Origin: Eledone cirrhosa
Taxonomy: Eukaryota
Length of the DNA: 64,000 bases
Reading direction: 5' to 3'
NCBI GenBank assembly: GCA_964016885.1
Contig: OZ024751.1
Coordinates: forward strand, 32,674,001 to 32,738,000
How positions within the stretch are numbered: the stretch's first letter is position 1; every line of letters begins with the position of its first letter. Positions 57,045 through 64,000 of the stretch are shown here, piece by piece. Made by a program: the position numbers and the translations under genes. The notes beneath the pieces were generated by a model. It did no database searches, was not told where the DNA came from, and worked only from the letters and a program-made list of their open reading frames with translations.

Positions 57045-57949
57045 TTTCTAAGATATTTCACCATAATTAATTTTCATCAATATATATTAATATTATTATT
57101 GTTTATTAGGTCAGGTGGATTGGCCAGAACAATTCTACTCTTCTTTTTTAGATGTCACGATTTTTCATGGCATTCCTGAGATCATTAATCTCCAGCTGGA
57201 GATCCAGAGACATCTGATGTATGTAGGTGAACCTCAGTCATCCCACTTGGCTCTTACTATGTTTAGGTATCCACCACAGGAGCCAGCTCATCAGGTCATC
57301 CTACTCTCAGCAGCAATGTCCAGCATCTATTGATTTCCGCTCCCTAGTTATTGTGGTAATCTTCGATATCTGGGAATATATTTCTTCTGCTTAAGGGAGT
57401 AATAAATATATAGTTTTAAAAAAAACATATATATACACACACATATATATATGTTGTCATTTATAAGAGTTCTCTATCAAAAGCCTTCTCTATGTCCAAA
57501 GCTAAGTATAGTGGCTTATTTTTCTCTAAGAACCTCTTTTGTAGTTGTCTCACTAAGAAGAGGGCATCTGTTGCACTTTTCAGCGGCTTAATTAATTAAT
57601 GAGGTTTAATTAATGAGGAATTTTGAGGTATTTATAACAATTATTAATTATTTCATTACTGAGATATCATTTGAAGGACTTACTAATGTTTTTATTTATT
57701 AATTATTTTATTAGTAACTTAACATGTGGTTCTTGTATAAAATTATGTTGGAAGATTTTAGGAAGATGCTATGTAGCCGGTCGCGGTAAAATAGACGCCC
57801 AGGTTATGTAGCCGGTAAGAGTGTCAGACTCCATGTGTTGCGGCCCTTTATGGTCTGAGTTAAGACAATTTAAAATCTTTTCCACCATCAATTGTTAAAA
57901 AACAAGTTAAAATCATTTTGTCGTCCATTTGTAACGTACGTTACACTTT

Positions 57950-58745
57950 AGTTACATACACATATACTATGTTACATACACACATCTACTGTGTTACATA
58001 CACACACATCAACTGGGTTATATACACACACATCTACTGCGTTACATACACATCTACTGTGTTACACACACATCTACTGTGTTACATACACACACATCTA
58101 CTGAGTTACATACACACACATCTACTGTGTTACATACACACACATCTTCTGTGTTACATACACACATCTACTATGTTACATACACACATCTACTGTGTTA
58201 CATACACACACCTGTGTTACATACACACACATCTACTGAGTTACATACACACAGATCTACTGTGTTACATACACACACATCTACTGTGTTACACACATCT
58301 TCTATGTTACATACACACAATCTACTGTGTTACATACACACATCTACTGAGTTACATACACACACATCTACTGAGTTACATACACACACATGTACTGTGT
58401 TACATACACACATCTACTGTGTTACATACATACACATCTACTGTGTTACATACATACACATCTACTGTTACATACACACATCTACCGTGCTACACACACA
58501 CATCTACCGTGTTACACACACACATCTACTGTGTTACACACACACATCTACCGTGTTACACACACACATCTACTGAGTTACATACACATATACTGAGTTA
58601 CATGCAAACACACATCTACTCTGTTACATATACACATCTACTGTGTTACATACACATCTACTGTGATACACACACACACATCTACTCATACATATTCATA
58701 AATAGACACACATTATACAAATAATTATTACATACACACACATCT
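57950..58745. repeat. Minisatellite, ~22-24 bp unit catctactgtgttacatacaca(ca)
   Basis: Roughly 30 degenerate tandem units. Confidence 0.93.
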
Positions 58746-59514
58746 CTGTAATAATTCAGGAAGGAAGGGGCTGGTGAAACGCTATAGCAATGTGTGTGTG
58801 TTGTGTACCTTTCAGGTTTACCGGTTTCGTAGCCTATTTGAAGATTTTATTATAATTATGAACCTTATAATTCAATTAATTATGAATAATTTTGAGCTAT
58901 TTATCACAATTGTTAGTTAATTACTAACATAGTAACTTACCATATGGTTGTTATATAGAATTTTGTTGGAAGACTTTAATTTAGATAGGAACCATTTCCA
59001 TAGTACGAGAACTAATTTTGGCTGGGTTTCTACCAAAAGGGTTAATGAAGAATTTTGAACAATTTACTAAAATTATTAATTATTTCATTACTAAGATAAT
59101 GTGTGAATACACAATTATATGTGTGTATATATATATAAACAGTATATATATATATATAGTATATATATATATAAACAGTATATATATATATAGTATATAT
59201 ATATATAAACAGTATATATATAGTATACAAAAGATGTAGTGGGATAGTGTGTAGTCTTAAGACAAGTCTGTCCAGATAGCTGCGCTGTAACTTACACTTA
59301 TTGGGACTGTGTGTTGGCAAGCAGGCCTGTATTTTGGGATCTAGCTGGTCCATTATGAGGGAGGTCTGGTTAGTTGGCAGCACCATGCCTTACTTGTGGT
59401 ATATGTATGTATAGAAATAAGTTATTGTATATGCATAACTGTCCATCTATATGTATACATGTATGTTTACTTATATCTTTGCATACATATATACATTTTC
59501 AGATGTATACACGT

Positions 59515-61442
59515 AATGGTCACCCGGATAGTAAACCAAGTCATACAGAATGGGGTTGTTCTGAAGGACTGGCGTAGCAGCATCATCATTAACTGTTACA
59601 AGGGTAAAGGAGATGCCCTAGATAGGAGTAACTATAGAGGCATTAAATTAATCGACCAGGTCATGAAGGTCACGGAAAAAGTAATAGCGCAACTAATCAG
59701 AGAGAGAATTGATCTAGATGAAATGCAGTTCGGGTTTGTGTCAGGTAAAAGTACCACAGACGCTCTTTTCATTGTACGACAACTACAGGAGAAGTACCTA
59801 GTTAAAAGTAAACCCCTATACTTAGCTTTTGTTGACTTGGAGAAAGCCTTCGACAGAGTCCCCCGTTCCATTATCTGGTGGGCTCTTAGAAAACTAGGTG
59901 TTGAGGAATGGCTTGTGAGAGCTATACGAGCCATGTATAAAGAAACAGTCAGCAAGGTTAGAATTAACAACGAATATAGTGAAGAGTTTAGCGTAAAAGT
60001 TGGTGTTCATCAGGGCTCCGTCCTTAGCCCCCTACTATTTATTATTGCCCTTCAGGCTATAACAGTGGAGTTCAAGACCGGCTGCCCATGGGAACTCCTA
60101 TACGCAGATGATCTAACGCTCATAGCTGAATCAATGGCCGAGCTAGAGAAGAAATTCCAAACATGGAAGCAAGGCCTAGAATCAGAAGGCCTTAAAATTA
60201 ACCTGGCTAAGACTAAAGTTCTAGTTTGTAGGAAAGAAAATAAGGCGCCGGTCCCTTCCGGGAAATGGCCATGCTCAGTGTGTAGGAAAGGCGTAGGTAG
60301 AAACTCCATTTTATGTCCCAAATGCAAAGTATGGGTTCATAAAAGATGTAGTGGGATCACAGGTAAGCTAACTAAGAACATAGATTTTACATGTGGCCGG
60401 TGCTCTGGTGCAATAAGTAGCAGCAAGTGCCCACAAAATACTAGCTCTTTCAATTGCGCAGAGGGTTCTATAGAAATAGTGGACAGCTTCCGTTACCTGG
60501 GTGACAAAATCAGCAGTGGGGGAGGGTGCTCTGAAAGTACAGTAGCTAGAGTCAGAACTGGATGGAAAAAGTTCAGAGAGCTTATACCACTATTAGCCGC
60601 TAAAGGGTTCTCCCTAAAAATGAAAGGCAGGTTGTATGATGCCTGCATATGAACAGCAATGTTGCATGGCAGTGAGACCTGGGCATTGTGTGCAGAGGAT
60701 ATACGCAGACTAGAGAGGAACGAAGCTTGCATGCTTCGCTGGATGTGTAATAGTAATATATGTGAACGGCAAAGCATAAACGAACTAAGGGAAAAATTAG
60801 AAATAAGAGGGATCAGATGTTGTGTACTCGAGAGAAGACTACGTTGGTATGGTCCACGTGATGCGGATGAAAGACGACAGCTGTATAAAAAAAATGCAGG
60901 GCAATAAAGATAGACGGTAGCCACGGAGTAGGCAGACCCAGAAAAACCTGGGACGACTTGATAAATTCCGACCTCACACACTTACACCTCTCCAAGACAA
61001 TGTCACTGGACCGAGATCTTTGGCGGTACTCAGTAATAGAGAAGACCCGCCTTACCTAGATACAAAGTAAAACCTACTACAGTCAGTAGGCACCTCTAAC
61101 AAAATACACCCCCACCCCATCCACACCGCCCCTTTCAATGTAAAGTTATGTTGGTGCCACAACATCCAGGCCGAAACAAATGAGGTCGTGTAGGTGTCAC
61201 GACAAAAAAAAAAAACACAGTCCACGCAGTAATGTGGCCGTGTAGGTAACACGGTAAAAACCTCTCAGTCCCACACTGTAAATGCGGTTGGTGTTAGGAA
61301 GGGCATCCAGCTGTAGAAAACCCGCCAGACAGTCCTATGCGAGCAAGACAACCACTCTTGCCTCAAGTGGGAAAATTCCCGTCCAAACCCATGCAAGCGT
61401 GGAATATGGACGTTAAACGATGATGATGATGATGATGATGAT
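59515..61442 (+). mobile_element. 5'-truncated RTE (BovB-like) LINE with intact 3' UTR and (GAT)n tail
   Basis: YKGKGDALDRSNYRGIKL, QFGF, FVDLEKAFDRVP, GVHQGSVLSPLLF, LYADD, FRYLG, MLHGSETW, GRPRKTW; tail ggacgttaaacgatgatgat. Confidence 0.95.
59516..60652 (+). pseudogene. RTE reverse transcriptase with an inserted PHD-like Cys4-His-Cys3 finger; premature TGA at 60650
   Basis: RT motifs above; CSVCRKGVGRNSILCPKCKVWVHKRCSG...CGRC lies between YADD and YLG; reading continues after the stop. Confidence 0.88.
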
Positions 61443-61467
61443 ATATATATATATATATATATATATA

Positions 61468-62590
61468 TTCCTTTGACATTTCTTAGAAAAAAAATGAAAA
61501 AGTTTTGTGAGAACCCCAATGTTTATTTATTTTATTTTATTTTTAAATAAAATTAATAACATTAATTTTATTTTGAAATTAGGTTTATAAATATTAATTA
61601 TCAGCAGACCTTTGTAGCAGTCTTGGCGGCTTAGTGGGAAGTACCAGAGATGGTGAGGTCCTTGTCTGTAGGTTCAATCCTGGTCTGGGAGTTCAATCAT
61701 TGCTGTAATGTGTCCTGTTAATCTTTTTTTAAATTTTCCTCAGAAAAAACTGAAAATCTTTGGTGAGAACCCCAATGTCTATTTATCTAATATAATTTAA
61801 TTTATTTTATTTTATTTTACTTTAGTTAAATTGTCAAAACCACTGGTGATCTAAAGTTAGAGGAGACAGATAAAATTGACATATTGTCTCCTCAACCTTT
61901 AGATCTTCAGTGTTTTCGACAATTTAACTAAAATAAAAAATTAAATTCAATATAATTAAATAAATAGGGGTTCTCTTTTTCAAAGAGATATAGAAAGAAA
62001 ATTATAAAAGATTAACATGACACCTTACATGTATCTCATGGACCAGGATTGAACCTGAGTCCCCAATTCAACCCTCAGACCAGGATTGAACACCCAGAAC
62101 AGGATCTCACCATCTCTGGTACTTCCCACTAAGCTACCGAGACTGATACAAAGATGTACTGAAATTTAATATTTATAAACCTACTTTCAAAATAAAATTA
62201 AAAATAAAATATATATATATATATATTCCTTTGACATTTCTTAGAAAAAAGAACTGAAAAAGTTTTGTGAGAACGCCAATGTCTATTTATTTTATTTTAT
62301 TTTTAATTAAATTAGTTATATTTTGAAAGTAGGTTTATAAATATTAATTTTCAATAGACCTTTGTAGCAGTCTTGGTGGCTTAGTGGGAAGTACCAGAGA
62401 TGGTGAGATCCTTGTCTGTAAGTTCAATTCTTGCTTGGAGACATGTCTAATGTGTCCTATTAATCTTTTTTTAATTTTCCTTTTACATCTCTTAGAAATA
62501 ACTGAAAATCTTTGGTGAGAACCCCATTGTCTATTTATCTAATATAATTAATTTAATTTAATTTAATTTAATTTTTATTTTAGTGAAACC
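61468..62590. repeat. Direct-inverted-direct triplet of a ~350 bp AT-rich unit with a tRNA-like core
   Basis: 61468-61830 and 62228-62590 are direct copies, 61900-62210 is inverted; ggcttagtgggaagtaccagagatggtgag...ggttcaatcctggtc occurs in each. Confidence 0.85.
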
Positions 62591-63028
62591 ACTGTTGTAT
62601 TCAAGAGACCAGGTGGAGGGGTGGGTCTGCTAGATTCATCGTGGGTAAAGAACGGTGCTATGAACTTTTCTGGGTGGGAAATGACAATGGGCTGGGTATA
62701 CACATACCACCCCACCTCCCCACCGCAAAGTGGTCGTGGAGGCGCCGCGGCCAAAAAGCACCCAGCCCACACTGTAAAGCTGACGTGGAGGTGCCACGGA
62801 AAAAAAAAAGCACCCAGCACTCACTGCAAACGGGGTTGGCGTCAGGAAGGGCACCCAGCTGTAGAAACCAATCCAGAATCAGCTCCCACCCCACCCTTGC
62901 AAGCATGGAAAAGCGGACGTATGATGAAGTTGATATATATATATATATATATTAGTATATATATACACATACATATGTACACATATACACATACATATAT
63001 ATATACACACACATATATATCAGTGTAC

Positions 63029-63063
<35 letters not shown>

Positions 63064-64000
63064 AATGAATATTTATTCAATTTAAAGCGCCAATTATCTA
63101 TATATAACAAGATATGAATTTTTCTAGGGATGGGGAAATTTTCAGTTTGTTTTTATATTTTCACTTCATTTTTTACTTTCTATTTAATACAGTCTTTGAT
63201 CCAATATAATCCTGACAGTATTTGAACCAGTTTACCTCATATATATGTATGCACACACAACACTCAAGTTTCGCCATCTACTGCTATTTCATTCATATTT
63301 ATTGTTTAATTAACTCTGGTCTAATTCATCAACTATTGTTAATTATATTATTACGTAGATTTCTTATAAAATCTAGTGCATATATACGTGTATATATACA
63401 GGGAGACACTGTGTAATAGATGTAAAGAGAGTGGGAGATAGAGTTATAGAAGTAAAGAGAGGGAGAGAAATAAGCGGTAGATAGAGCAATAGATGTAAAG
63501 AGAGGGTTAGAACGTTCAACTTGACAGTCAGTACATATGCCAACTACCCAACCGGCCAGCCAGCCGTATTTGCGGTTGACTGGCCAGTTGGGCGGTTGGT
63601 ATGTGGAACGTTCAACTATGCAGTCAGTACCAAAGTTCAACATTGTAGCCAGTGCATATGCCGATCGCCGCGACCTCTTTGCTCTATTTAAATGACCTGG
63701 AACTAAGTAAAAAGAGTAGGAGATAACTCGACAAGAGCGGAGAGGGTGAGATTCGAACCATGTAAAGTCGTTGGCTCCTGAACTTCGTAAGCGGGGCTGC
63801 TACTGACTGAGCAACGCCGGCAGCAAGGCAAATCGCGCATAAAATAACGCTTATATCGAGAAAATAAAACAAAAATTTCAATGTTGCACTTTTGTTTGTT
63901 GTTCTTTTATTTTACGTAAACATTTCGCTGCTCTAGCCTCTTATTTCCTATTAGATTACACTTAATTCCATTAAACATTCATTCTTAGTCTCGTGGTAAA

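Noticed and set aside
57950-58745. CRISPR-like array
   Set aside because: Tandem units have no unique spacers, the context is eukaryotic, and there are no cas genes.
60650-60652. In-frame TGA in the RTE ORF as programmed read-through
   Set aside because: More simply a CGA>TGA decay at a position that is typically Arg; a further frameshift follows downstream.

Overview
AT-rich eukaryotic DNA, probably from a coleoid cephalopod such as octopus (inferred from the SINE families and the density of (TA)n/(CA)n tracts). I found no supportable host protein-coding gene, and most ORFs in the track are translated microsatellites. The window is a nested set of mobile-element remnants. These are a Penelope-like element (RT plus GIY-YIG, Naiad-like), RTE and RTE-X LINEs, R4/Dong, CRE and L1/Tx1-like non-LTR elements, two degraded coding Helitrons plus one complete non-autonomous Helitron, Tc1/mariner fragments and many tRNA-derived SINEs. 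There is also an interstitial (TTAGGG)n tract and two ~1.4 kb local duplications. The most notable hidden layer is about 14 hammerhead-ribozyme motifs read by eye, from several sequence families. Most lie in fold-back cassettes of Penelope-like termini embedded in (TA)n, and one ribozyme-type terminus is truncated and capped by telomeric repeats. All assignments come from motif recognition by eye; no searches were run.
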